Origin: Minutocellus sp. GHC0000111
Lineage: Eukaryota
Direction: 5' to 3'
DNA: 64,000 bases
NCBI GenBank assembly: GCA_977018835.1
Contig: OZ361256.1
Location: forward strand, 2,480,001 to 2,544,000
Below are positions 31,472 to 42,866 of the stretch, piece after piece. Under the pieces are notes generated by a model, which was not told the DNA's origin, searched no databases, and was given only the letters and a program-made list of their open reading frames with translations. The position numbers were made by a program, and so were the translations under genes. Position 1 is the stretch's first letter. Each line of letters starts with the position of its first letter.

Positions 31472-33763
31472 ATGAATGATAAGATGATGCCGGCCAACGG
31501 TGGTCGTGGCGGTGTCGGCGGCCGCGGTGGCCGCGGTGGCCGAGGCGGTCGAATGACGATGGCCGGCCGAGGCGGAGGCCCGGGAGGTCGAATGATGATG
31601 GCAGCAGGCCGAGGCCGAGGACCAGGAGGTCGCATGATGATGACTGGCCGAGGCCGGGGACCTGGAGGCAGAGGGCAACAGCAGCAGCACATGATCCAGC
31701 GCGTTCCGGTAATCCCCACCCGGCTGCACCACCTGCCCCGCCACCTCCTGTTCCGCGTTGCCAACTTTTTGGACGAGACCGACCGCGTCCACGCCCTGCA
31801 TCACGTGGGCATCCCCTACCGCCCCCCTCAGCCCGCCAACAACGGCCAGGAGGGCCAAGGCGGCCAGGGCGGCCAGCCGCAGGCGGCCCAACCGGTGACC
31901 AAGCAGCAGAAGAAGCAGGCCGAAATTCAGCGTCCGCGACAGGAGCGGATCCAAAAGAAGATGGCCGAGCAGCAGCAGAGGCGGAAGGAGGCCGTCGAGG
32001 CCGGGATGCCCAGTCAGGAGGGACTGGCCCAGAGCGGGATGAGCATGGGCGTCGACACGACGGGCGTCGCCGCGGCCATCGAGGCCAATGCCAGGGAGAT
32101 GACGGACATGGTGGCCCAGAGCTTCCACCTGGAGGACGACGGTGGTGGCGATGATGATAAGAGTGATAAAGACGATGAGAATATGGAGGTTATTGACGCC
32201 GATAACAATACCGGCGTCGATGCAGCAGCAGAGGAAAAGAAGAAGGAGAAGGAGATTGACGTCAATGAGAAGGGCATGCCCAAGAAGGAGGAGAAGGAGG
32301 AGGAAAGAGTGAGCGAAGAGGATGCCGCCGCTGCCAAGGCGCTCGTCGCGGCCGCCCGGGAGGCCGTCAACCAAACCGAGGAGGATGCAGACGCAAACGC
32401 CAATGCCAAGGCCGACGACAAGGCCAATGCCGACGCCAACGACCAGAAAAAGGACGCCAACGACAACACTATGCCAACAAAGGGACCCACCAAGCCGGCA
32501 CCGCTCCATGCCCCTCCTGATCCCGTCACCCTTCTGTCCCGCCTCAACACCCGGCGGCTCTATCAGAGGGCCAAGCACTACAAGTCCCACCCGGAGACGT
32601 ATGCCGCCAACAACATGGTGGCCGTCCCGACCAACAGGACCGTGGAGGAAATTGCCAACGACGATTGGGCCTACCTCATGGAATGGCAAAAGTGGCGCAA
32701 CCGGGCCATCATCCTCCGATACAAGAAGGACAAAAAGGGGGAGGACATCGACGAGGCCCAACTCCAACGGGATTGCGATCTCATTTCCAAGCCCAGAATT
32801 CCGACCAAGCACGAGCTCCTCATGTTCAGCCCGTGTCCCAAGGCCGTCACCGCGTTGGCCTCGTACCCCCGCAGCGGCAACTCCCTCTGCCGCACCCTCT
32901 TCGAGCGCTGCGCCCTCCGCGTGTCCGGCAGCGACATGCGCGGCGGCCTCATCGAGCACGACCTCGTCGGCGAGGCGGCCGTTTCGGCCCAGCGCGTCCA
33001 GTACGTCAAGACGCACTACCCCGAGCGCCGGGGGGCGCCGCAGTTCCGTGCCCGCCGCGTCGTCCTGCTGGTGCGCAACCCGTTCGATGCCATCCAGTCG
33101 TACTGGAACCTGATGGTGACCAACACCCACACCAACACGGCCGAGTTCAGCGACGAGCAGAAGGAGCTGGCCAAGAAGCTCTTTGCCGACGTGGCCCGGA
33201 AGGAGATTCAGGTGTGGAAGGACTTTCACGAGTTCTGGCTGTCCAAGGACATTGATCTGCTGTTGGTGCGGTACGAGGACCTGATCCGTAACACCTCCAA
33301 GTGCGTGAGGCGCATCATTGCCTTTACGCTCGAGGTCAAGAACATGGCCACCTTCTTCGGCCCACGAATCGATCGGGTCATCAACGAGGAGGACTTGGAG
33401 AAGCTGGGTTCGTACAAGCCCCGCTCCGGTGGCATCGGCAAGTCCCTGAAGAATTATCCCCCGGAGCTGATACAGGAGATGATGTCCGGCCTTTCCGAGA
33501 TTTTGACCCGGATGGGGTACGACGAGAATTTCCTCATCCCCGACAAGGAGCTGTGGGACAAGACCTTGCCCCTCGACGGATATGCCTGCCAATGGAACGG
33601 GACGAAGCCCGCCGAGGGAGAGGAGGAGTCCACCATCGTGATCAACGGCGGGCCGCTCGTCCGCACGCCCGAGTTGGACACCAACTGGCGCGAGGTGAAG
33701 AAGTCTTTGGGTCTGTTGAAGGATGTCAAGTGCGACTGCGCCCGTTGTCGTGCCGGGAGGTAG
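31472..33763 (+). CDS. Sulfotransferase-domain protein with N-terminal RGG repeats, F-box-like motif and acidic linker
   Basis: LASYPRSGNS (5'-PSB), VKTHYP, LLVRNPFDAIQSY (3'-PB), VRYEDL; N-terminal GRGG repeats; LHHLPRHLLFRVANFLD. Confidence 0.82.
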   Translation: MNDKMMPANGGRGGVGGRGGRGGRGGRMTMAGRGGGPGGRMMMAAGRGRGPGGRMMMTGRGRGPGGRGQQQQHMIQRVPVIPTRLHHLPRHLLFRVANFLDETDRVHALHHVGIPYRPPQPANNGQEGQGGQGGQPQAAQPVTKQQKKQAEIQRPRQERIQKKMAEQQQRRKEAVEAGMPSQEGLAQSGMSMGVDTTGVAAAIEANAREMTDMVAQSFHLEDDGGGDDDKSDKDDENMEVIDADNNTGVDAAAEEKKKEKEIDVNEKGMPKKEEKEEERVSEEDAAAAKALVAAAREAVNQTEEDADANANAKADDKANADANDQKKDANDNTMPTKGPTKPAPLHAPPDPVTLLSRLNTRRLYQRAKHYKSHPETYAANNMVAVPTNRTVEEIANDDWAYLMEWQKWRNRAIILRYKKDKKGEDIDEAQLQRDCDLISKPRIPTKHELLMFSPCPKAVTALASYPRSGNSLCRTLFERCALRVSGSDMRGGLIEHDLVGEAAVSAQRVQYVKTHYPERRGAPQFRARRVVLLVRNPFDAIQSYWNLMVTNTHTNTAEFSDEQKELAKKLFADVARKEIQVWKDFHEFWLSKDIDLLLVRYEDLIRNTSKCVRRIIAFTLEVKNMATFFGPRIDRVINEEDLEKLGSYKPRSGGIGKSLKNYPPELIQEMMSGLSEILTRMGYDENFLIPDKELWDKTLPLDGYACQWNGTKPAEGEEESTIVINGGPLVRTPELDTNWREVKKSLGLLKDVKCDCARCRAGR

Positions 33764-34233
33764 ATACCGGCCAATCCATACTGTTGATATGTTGTCTAGC
33801 TAGAGAGGCGGAGATAAGTGGAAATCAAAATGAATGGCGAACGACCGAATTTGGCATGGACAAATGTTCCTCGCTGTCGTCGAGATCGAGTAGTCTAGAT
33901 CTACCGGCACCGTTACCGTACATGTATCTCTATATAGCTAGATATTCATGTAGAGAGTGCAACTCTACCCACTTGCAGTGCACATCCCTAGTAGACCCTA
34001 CTGACACGGTCTTTTTGTGTGTACCGACATATGTAGATGTAGATCTGAAATCCTATGTACCGGTAGATCTAGCTTGATCTCTGTGTGTACATGTACATGT
34101 ATCAATCACCCACCAAAAATCCTCCACCTGCTCGGGGGTCTCCTTCTTTTTCCTCGATGACCTCCAGTTGCTTTCCCCCCTACTCGTAATCTTTTGTGGG
34201 TCAGCCATACATGTCGTCTCATTTCAAACAACC

Positions 34234-35593
34234 ATGCCCAAAACTGAGACGAACGGCGGCGGCGAACCAGACGCCAAGCGTCCCAAGGTGGACGATATCA
34301 AGGCACCGGCTATTAAGGTCACCAAGTCGAAGTCATGGGATGCCGAGCATACGCCGCAATCCTCGACCGAACGATCGGAACGCATGCGGTAAGTTCAACT
34401 TGTGGTGGAAAATGATCGTTTTATTTGTATCGTTGCAATCATGTTTGTTTGTCCATTCATTTGCTCAAACTAGCATCCATCCATTGCCCATTCTCTTACG
34501 CAGACGCTTCATCGAGGATCAGCAGCTACTCGCCTCGCAGTCTATCCCAACGGCGGCAACGCCATATGTGATGGAAACGCCCAAGCTGCCCGATGCGCAG
34601 AGGATGAAGATTCTGGTAACGGGCGGGGCCGGATTCGTCGGCAGTCACTTGGTCGACAAGCTCATGATGCAGGGCCACGAGGTCATCGTTTTGGACAATA
34701 TCTTCACCGGCAACAAGAAGAACGTGGAGCACTGGGTGCACCATCCCAACTTCAGCCTGGTAAGGCACGACGTGACGCAGCCCATCCTGCTTGAGGTAGA
34801 CCAGATCTATCACCTGGCCTGCCCTGCCTCTCCGCCGCACTATCAGTACAATCCCGTGAAGACCATCAAGACCAGCACGATGGGCACCATCAACATGCTC
34901 GGCCTGGCCAAGCGCGTCAAGGCCCGCATGCTTCTGGCCTCGACGTCGGAAATTTACGGCGACCCGACGATCCATCCCCAGCCCGAGACGTACTGGGGCA
35001 ACGTCAACACGTTGGGCCCCCGTGCCTGCTACGACGAGGGCAAGCGTGTGGCGGAGACCATGATGTACGCGTACAAGAACCAGAACAACGTGGAGGTGCG
35101 CATCGCCCGCATCTTCAACACCTTCGGACCTCGCATGCACCCCAACGATGGTCGTGTGGTGAGCAACTTCATCATCCAGGCCCTGCAGGGCAAGGATATT
35201 ACCATCTACGGAGATGGTTCGCAGACTCGCTCCTTTCAGTATGTGTCGGATCTTATCGAAGGTCTGGTGAAGCTCATGAATGGCTCCTACGATGGCCCTG
35301 TCAACCTTGGCAATCCCGACGAGTACTCGATCAAAAACTTTGCGGAGGAGATCAAGACAATGACCAAGTCAGATTCCAAGATCATCTACCTTCCCAAGGT
35401 TGCCGACGACCCTACTCAGCGGGAGCCGGACATTACCACCGCCAAGAGAGAGCTGGGTTGGAAGCCAGAGGTTCATGTGAAGGAGGGACTGGCAAAGGCC
35501 GTCATCTTCTTCCAGAGTGTCCTCGATCAGCACGGAGAGATCGTCCCAACAGGTCCGGAAGCGTCCAAGCCCAAGGGCGCGGCTGGAAAGTAA
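34234..35593 (+). CDS. UXS: UDP-glucuronate decarboxylase (UDP-xylose synthase); intron 34389-34503
   Basis: [61 protein letters not shown]. Confidence 0.96.
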
Positions 35594-36419
35594 GCGCATG
35601 CGCATGTCCATGCTCATGTCCGTAGCTGTGGGAAACGGTTGAATGTGTGATGAATGTGTGATCACAACCATCGAAAGCATGCCACACGGCGTATGTCCAA
35701 AAGTGAGACGGAGACACAAACCAATGGTTTTAGTGTATTTGCGGCGAATGCGATGGCATGAATGGCAGGTCTTTAACATGTAGCGAGAGCCTGCTATGAA
35801 GTTTGTCGTATTGCTCCAATTTGCGATATGCCAGTGCGATCGCTTCATACTACTAGACTAGCCAGTAGATCTAGTCGCTTATAAGATTGGCATTCGAATT
35901 ACAAGTAAATTTACACATGATTTTATCATTACATTTAAAATACTAGAGTATTGTACAGTGTATCGTAAAGTTTGAGACGCCTTCTGGATTTTGGTCAGAG
36001 CCCGAGGCGATTTACGGTATTTTGGAAGTGTGAGACTTTTGTGGACCTTCGGAGCGTTTTCATACCATCTGGCTCACGTAGATCTACATGTGCGATGACG
36101 AGCTGCCGCCGGACTCGTGGAAGGCAGTGAGAGCGTCCTTCATGCCAAGTGGCCAGGCTGCCAGGTGCAGCAGGTTGACGACGACAAGTTTGGAGCTGGC
36201 AATTGGCCGTCCTTCTGAGCATACCGGTACTGTAGATAGATCTACATGAAGCATGTATGAAACCGCGTTTTGTTGTTTGATACTACATGTGTCACTCTCG
36301 GCACCACTCTAAGCATGGGCAGTTCTAGTCGCGCATGGCATGTACTTAATGACAAACACTCTTTTTTATCGAGAACATGGCACAAGTGCGATTGTTATGT
36401 GTGTAGTTACATGTGCTCG

Positions 36420-36870
36420 AACCCACGGAATCAACGCCGAGGGCATCTGCATCCGTGGCCTCGAGTATCTCGTCAACCCCAGCGACATCCAAGACCGCCA
36501 GACTGCCAAAGAACGGCACTACGATGTCGTCCTCGACGAACAAGACCGTCAGTGGGACGTCGGTGTCTTCCCCACCGACTGGGATGCCATCGCCAAGGTC
36601 TCTCTCCGTACCTCCCAGGACCCTCGCGACAAGGCCCAGATGATGGGCGCCAAGGATGCCGTCGCTGCCCGACGCATCAACAAGACGACAGCGTCCGCCG
36701 CCCACAACAACAACGGCGGAATCAACAAGAGGCGCTCTAGTGTCCAGTCTGTGGCCTCGCATCGTCGTTCGAGCTCATTCTTGGGTTGTTCCGTTCCCGA
36801 GGAGGCCAACAACAAGAATTCTGAGGACGTGTCTACAATGACAAGTCAATTCGAGGAATTGTCTCCTTGA
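36420..36870 (+). pseudogene. 3' fragment of a diatom 'RGLE'-family hypothetical gene
   Basis: ICIRGLEY...HYDVVLDEQDRQ...AQMMGAKDA. Upstream sequence is a TA-palindrome-rich, non-coding-like tract with no VRF motif. Confidence 0.5.
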
Positions 36871-37092
36871 GTGCACCCTGCACCAGTCTCAATGGCGCAC
36901 CCCTCTTGGCGACAACAGACAAAATTCAATTCACAGGTTAGGAATTCATTTGGGCATGCAAAAGTCGAAATAATCTCAACTTAATACCAGTAATATATAT
37001 TACAAATCAGCAAAGAACCAGTAAGTAGAACATATTCATTAAAAATACATTGTGCATTTTCATGTATTTTAGATACGTAGGATAATAAAAAC

Positions 37093-38500
37093 CTAACAGA
37101 CTACAAAAGTATGAAGTGGCCATTCCCAGTAGGACCGTCCAGCTCCAAGGACCGGCCCAATCGCCAAGAGCGCTAGTGCATTGCCAGGATCCCACCCATT
37201 TTCGAGAAGAGCACCCAATGTCTGAATGCTCACGATGGTGATGCTGAACCCAACGCAAGTTGTGAAAGTCAGAGCAGTTCCTACGAGTGAAGGACAGGCG
37301 TAGGCGGCACAAAGGGACGAGAACTGCGCCGAGTCGGCAACCACGGCGGATCCCCATACCAAGAGATAAAATAGGAAAACGCCCTGACTCATACGTTGGT
37401 AGAATGGCGCCACCAGACAGCACACTAGGGACGTTAGGAGTGCCACCTCCGCAACGACCGCGCTTCCGGGTAATACCTTTCGTCCAGCTCGGAGACTCCA
37501 AATGCCAGCGATGGTGCAGGATACTGCACCGATGGCTATGGTAGCGAAGACCGTCAGGGCCACATCGCCAAGGATTACGCCATGAACATCGAGATGGCTC
37601 TCTACCAATATTGGAACATACGTCCAGAACGCGTACAGCTCCCACATGTGGCCGAAATATCCCAGAGAGGCGGCACGGAAGCGCGAGTCGGCCAGTATCT
37701 GTCGCAATGCTTCGATTCCCATGAGCTGTTGCTGCTGTTGCTCTTGGCATTGTCCTTGATGTTCCAAGTTTGCACGAGACGGTGATTCCTCCTCATCTTG
37801 TTGAAACACATCACTACTGCCCGACGATGCAGATGCGCCCTGATGTAATATTGCATCGTCATGGGATTTATGGCATGTGGGTGCTGCATCCGTTTCTCGT
37901 CGACCGTTGCTACAACAATATCTACTGGTACTGCTAGCACTTTCTCCTTTCACTCGATGCCGTGGTACCATCACGGCCCACATGACCAGGGCACCACTGA
38001 ACGCCACGGCCGATACAACGCCGATGGTCGTCCTGTAGGGCAATCCCGATCCGCCCTCCCCCTGCAGCCCACGGACCAGCCACGGAAAGGCCGTGCCCAG
38101 CGTCAGGGCACCGACCAGCACTCCCAACCGTGCTCCGAGGCCCTGGGGATATTCGGCGGAGGCAATCTTCATCCCCACGGGATACACCCCCGAAAGCATC
38201 GTCCCCACCAGCACCCTCAGAAAAATCCAGGCGGCGTAGCTGGTCGTCGTGACGCACAAGGCGTTCAGGACGGACCCCACGGTCGTCGTGGTCGCAAACA
38301 GTCCGGCGGGATTGCACCTATCCGCGACGGCAAAGTAGGTGAGCAGGAGCGTACCGGCGATGAATCCGCCCTGCACCGACGATACGAGGGAGCCACCTGA
38401 TGGTCGTCGAAGCCGACGTTGGCAATGACGGCGTTGGGGGCGAACCAGAGGGACGTGCCGGCGAACTGCGCGTATACGAGGGTGGGGAGGATGAGGCAGC
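37093..38500 (-). CDS. MFS transporter (bacterial-like subfamily); N-terminus not resolved
   Basis: AQFAGTSLWFAPNAV, VQGGFIAGTL, GVYPVGMKIA, LVGALTLGTAFP, GYFGHMWELYAFW, VVADSAQFS, GTALT. The frame stays open upstream of 38376 but has no in-frame ATG. Confidence 0.8.
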
Positions 38501-39189
38501 TGGCGCCGGCGTTTGTGTTGTGGCCGTCGTTGTCGCTAATTGTAGTAGTTGTGTTGTAGCAGCAGCAGCAGCAGCAGTGGCAGCAGCAGCACGTACGTCT
38601 GGCGCCCCTGACGGTGTCGATGTCGATGTGCTGCCCACCATTGCTGCTGATGATGACACGTGCTGCTCTTACTTGTCACCACCACTGCTACATGTGTGTG
38701 TATGCCTACCAAGACAAGTAGTTACAGCAGCAGCATGGACGTCATTGCAGGCAAAGGGATCTCATGACGGCTGTAGGTGGTGCTCCTCTCTCATCATCTT
38801 GCCACTCGTTCTCATCATTGAGCCAAAAAGTTTTGTTTCGGATCTTGTGAAAATCCGCTACATGTTTGGGTTGGGAAGAACCAGTATCCCCCCTATTATA
38901 GTGATTTGCTGTCATTTTGTTAGAGGGAATTTGAGGGAATCGGTTCTAATTTCCCCTCTTTGATTTTGCGGGGGTTGTTTCCCGAAAGTTGTCTTCGTCT
39001 TTTCGTCGTCGGGTTTGAGCTCACGACGACGACGGAGCACATCTTGTGTAGGCGTACCGAGGGTAAGCAAAGCCAAGATACTAGCTAGTACGCACACTGT
39101 GACTTGCACCAAAAGCGTGTGGGTTGCTGCAATAAAGCATCCTTTGCTTCAGACATTTTGGTTACAACCATTCGATCGACTGGAAAGCC

Positions 39190-42100
39190 ATGAGCGGCAC
39201 GGCCAGGAAGAGGAGGCAGCAGCGCCAGTCCCCGCCGGTGTCCTCCGATGACGACGATGATGATGATGACGATACTCATGAGGAAGAGGCAATGGAGGAG
39301 GAGAATTCCGACGAGGACAGCGGCAGCTCTGGCGACGACGAGTCTGAAGGCGAGGAAGACGAGGAAGACGCTGAAGATGACGAGGATGCTGAAGATGCAA
39401 ATGCGCAAATGCTGAAGAGCCCGCCGGGCTCCGGACCCGGCTCCGGCATGCGCCTCCGGTCGGGACGGAAGAAGCGCCGCCGGCGCAGCGCCGACGGCGG
39501 TGCTGCCGGCAATGCTACTGCTAGTACTGCCTCTGCCGCCGCTAGTACTCCGCGCAGGAGGGCAGCGGCCGCCGCGGCCATGTCGGCCAGCAGCAGGTCC
39601 CGACCGACGACCCGCAACACCCCGTCCCGCACTGCCCAGGCGGCAGCGGCGGCTGCCGAGTCGTCGACCAAGAAGCGGAAGCGCGGAACGACCACGGCGC
39701 GCAAGGCCCGCAAGACGGTCCGGATTGCCATCGTGGGTGATGAGGAGGAGGAGGAGGAGTCCGACTCCAGCAGCAGCGATGATTCGGAGGAGGAACAGGA
39801 GGAGCAGCAAAAGCCCAAGGCCAACGGCCGCCAAAAGGCGGGCCGGAAGCCGGCCGCCAAGCGACCCCGCAGGGGCGATGCGGATGATAACGACGACGAA
39901 GAGGAAGAAAGTGATGAGGAGATGGAAGAAATTGCCGCCACGTCCGAAACCCAACGGCTCCGTGCCGAGCAGACCGATTTGCGGGACCGCGAGGCCACGC
40001 GACAATTTCAGGTGCAGGACCGGTTGGAGTCCAACCGCGCCCAGCTGGCCACCGTCCGTGGACAGCGTTTGGTCCAGCAGGAGGAGCAGGAACCAGCACC
40101 ACCCGCCTTTCTCAGTCCACCGGCCGACCGCGCCGCGCTGGCCGAAGCCGCCGGGGCCGACAGCGAGCTCGACGAGGACGGTGGTACCGACGGGGACACC
40201 AGTCCCCTCCAGTCGGTCAGCCTCAAGCTGCCCCCCCGCACCGCCAGGAAGGCTCTGGCCCAGACGGGTAGCAGTGCCAGTCGCAGGCCCCGTAGGAACG
40301 GACGCGCTGCCGGTACGTCCAGCACTCACCTGTCCGGTCGAAAGGATCCCGTCGCCGCCGAGGCTGCCGCGACGTCCGGCAGGGCCGACCCGGTGGCCGC
40401 CGAGGCCGAAGCCGAGGCCGACGGTGATGGCGACGAGAGCGAAAGCGTCGAGGCTGCTGCCACCACATCCGCAGCCGCATCTCGTCCCGGCCTGCTCCGC
40501 CGGGCGTCGTCGGGCGTTGCCGCCCACCTGTGGAAGTTCACCGATACCATCCGCCCCACGGTCCGTCCCGGCGTGGGGAGGGTGGTGGTGCCGGAAGCCG
40601 AACGGCCGACGCCCGAGCAGGCTCGTGGTGCCGCCCATGGCGGTAGCGCCGAACTCGGTGCCACCAGTACCGGTACTACCGCCACCGCGACAGCGCAGCA
40701 AGCAACCCCGCGTCGCCGAGGCCTTCGGCACTATCCCGTGTTTTGGCTCCTGGCGTGGCTGGTCCTGCACACCGTCGTGGCCGTGCTGTCCGGTGGGGCC
40801 GTCGTCCGGCCCCTCTGGTCCTCCCTGCCGGAGACCAGCCAGAGGAGGTTGCACTTCTACCGATCGCTGATGGGACAGTACATTCCCCGCGGTGGTGCAG
40901 GCACCGCCATTGGCAAGGTGACGATTCCGGATGATGTGGAATTGGACGGTGAGGGCGAAAATGACAACGACGAGGAGGAACCCGCCCTGGAGCCCGAGGT
41001 CATCGAAAAGGTCGTCGAGGAGATCGTCTACGAAGACGAGCCAAATGACGACCTGTACCAGGCCGAGCTGCAGGCGCGAAAGGATGCAGCCATTGCTGCC
41101 CAGCGGCAGAAGGACCAGGAGGCCGCCGATGTCGCATCGGCCGCTGCGTTGGCCGCGCAAGAGGCCAGGAAGAAGCAGAGGGATGAAAGAAAGAGGATGA
41201 AGAAGAAGGAACAGGCAGCAGGAGAGGTTGATGCGGACGTGCTGCGCAAACTTCGAACGGCAGTAGATATCAGCAACAAGGAGGCCAAGAGCGTCGCGAA
41301 TCGAGTTGATACCCAGGCCAAGTCGTATGAGGAACTTGTTGCCGAAGGTGACGGCGCCGTCGCCGCACGTGGCACTAAGCTGCAGGCTTGGGAGGAGGCT
41401 CTGGAGAAGGCTGAGCAGGCTATTCAAAAGCTTGAGGCTGACATGGCTGGGGCGGCTTCCAACGGTTCTGCCGCCAATGTCGTCGAAGCGCTGAACATGT
41501 TGGAAACTGCATCTGTTCTCCCCGTCATGACTTCTCTCCTCGATCCTCGCACCGTGCCCATCCCCGGAGAAGCCTGCAACGGAATGGAATATGTTCCTGT
41601 TGGCGATGGCGTCACGGAGCTAGATGATAGCGCCACATCGACCTCTTCCACAGTAGCCCGCCGGCAAGCCGAGGAAGATGCCGAGGATGCGCCCATTCAA
41701 ATGGATGATTTGGAGCAAGCCAAGAAGGATTTGGTGCAGCTCGCCGATTCCACGGCGGAAAACATTATGAGCGACGATGGTATTGATGCGGTGCGACACT
41801 GGCTCAACAAGGAAATTAAGAACGCTGGCTTGGATCTTACCGCCAAGCTTGATAAGGAGGAAGAAGATACACATACTCTCAACAATGAACAGCCGGCACA
41901 AGCCGATGATGAAGTGGACGCCGCTGGACTCTCAGCGCAAGCCGTGAAAGAAATCATCAGCCACCGCCTTGGGCTTGATATTGCCGATGGCGACGGCATG
42001 TTCGATTTTGCATCCATTCGATCTGGCGCCACGGTAGTTTTTGCTGGCCCAAGGCGCACATCACCATCTCTTAAGGACAACCTACCTCTCCTCAATCGCC

Positions 42101-42630
42101 TTCTTGCTTCTGCCAAGCTTCGTTTCTATGGCCATCCTCCCGAGGCCGCCCTCAACCCCACGTTTCCTCCTAATGCACTCGGCCAGTGCTGGGCATTCGA
42201 AGCTGGCAAGGGGCCGTCGCCTGATGATGAATCCGGCAATGCCGTCGGCAGATATGCTACTCTTACCATTAATCTTTCCGAGCCTGTTGAAATCAAATCA
42301 GTAACCATGGAACACGCCCCGAGAGACCTCACTCCAACACCTGAGACGGCGATTCGCGATTTCCGTGTAATTGGCTACGAAGAAAGCGATGCCAAGGGCA
42401 CGCCGATTCCACTGGGATCGTTCAGGTATGAAATTGATGGGCCAAGGACCCTGCAAGAGTTTGAGGTGGAAAGTGAAGAAGGTGACGGTTTGCCGCCATT
42501 GAAGTCGGTAACACTCGCGATTGATTCCAACTGGGGTGCCGATTACTCCTGTTTGTATCGCTTCCGAGTCCATGGGGATCGATCAGTACCACTGCCGACG
42601 AGCTCGGTCCATTCGAGCTGTGAGGAGTGA
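39190..42630 (+). CDS. SUN-domain (Sad1/UNC-84) nuclear envelope protein
   Basis: Basic/acidic disordered N-terminus, single TM (VFWLLAWLVLHTVVAVL), coiled coil, C-terminal DFASIRSGA..PPEAAL..GQCWAF..VTMEH..SNWGADYSCLYRFRVHG. Confidence 0.9.
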   Translation: MSGTARKRRQQRQSPPVSSDDDDDDDDDTHEEEAMEEENSDEDSGSSGDDESEGEEDEEDAEDDEDAEDANAQMLKSPPGSGPGSGMRLRSGRKKRRRRSADGGAAGNATASTASAAASTPRRRAAAAAAMSASSRSRPTTRNTPSRTAQAAAAAAESSTKKRKRGTTTARKARKTVRIAIVGDEEEEEESDSSSSDDSEEEQEEQQKPKANGRQKAGRKPAAKRPRRGDADDNDDEEEESDEEMEEIAATSETQRLRAEQTDLRDREATRQFQVQDRLESNRAQLATVRGQRLVQQEEQEPAPPAFLSPPADRAALAEAAGADSELDEDGGTDGDTSPLQSVSLKLPPRTARKALAQTGSSASRRPRRNGRAAGTSSTHLSGRKDPVAAEAAATSGRADPVAAEAEAEADGDGDESESVEAAATTSAAASRPGLLRRASSGVAAHLWKFTDTIRPTVRPGVGRVVVPEAERPTPEQARGAAHGGSAELGATSTGTTATATAQQATPRRRGLRHYPVFWLLAWLVLHTVVAVLSGGAVVRPLWSSLPETSQRRLHFYRSLMGQYIPRGGAGTAIGKVTIPDDVELDGEGENDNDEEEPALEPEVIEKVVEEIVYEDEPNDDLYQAELQARKDAAIAAQRQKDQEAADVASAAALAAQEARKKQRDERKRMKKKEQAAGEVDADVLRKLRTAVDISNKEAKSVANRVDTQAKSYEELVAEGDGAVAARGTKLQAWEEALEKAEQAIQKLEADMAGAASNGSAANVVEALNMLETASVLPVMTSLLDPRTVPIPGEACNGMEYVPVGDGVTELDDSATSTSSTVARRQAEEDAEDAPIQMDDLEQAKKDLVQLADSTAENIMSDDGIDAVRHWLNKEIKNAGLDLTAKLDKEEEDTHTLNNEQPAQADDEVDAAGLSAQAVKEIISHRLGLDIADGDGMFDFASIRSGATVVFAGPRRTSPSLKDNLPLLNRLLASAKLRFYGHPPEAALNPTFPPNALGQCWAFEAGKGPSPDDESGNAVGRYATLTINLSEPVEIKSVTMEHAPRDLTPTPETAIRDFRVIGYEESDAKGTPIPLGSFRYEIDGPRTLQEFEVESEEGDGLPPLKSVTLAIDSNWGADYSCLYRFRVHGDRSVPLPTSSVHSSCEE

Positions 42631-42866
42631 AGTTGTAAGCACTCACATGCATGAATCGAGAGATAGACAGTAATAAGTATGTTGACCTCTCCGTGGAAGA
42701 TATTCTAGATTCATTTAATTGCTACGATCGTAGTGCTAACGAATATGTATTCATTTCTGGTAGCAGCTATAGCAACATGATTATTTTATTTCGCCCTTCC
42801 TTCATCAACTGTTGTAGTGGCTCTAAGAATCAAAGTGTTCTCAAAATCCGGGTCCAATCCTTTCCA

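Noticed and set aside
31310..33592. 760-aa antisense ORF
   Set aside because: Shadow of the GC3-rich sulfotransferase gene; no motifs of its own.
38555..38592. (GCA)n microsatellite as a functional element
   Set aside because: Short simple repeat in the unresolved 5' region of the MFS gene; no further evidence.
39085..41427. 780-aa antisense ORF
   Set aside because: Shadow of the SUN-domain gene.
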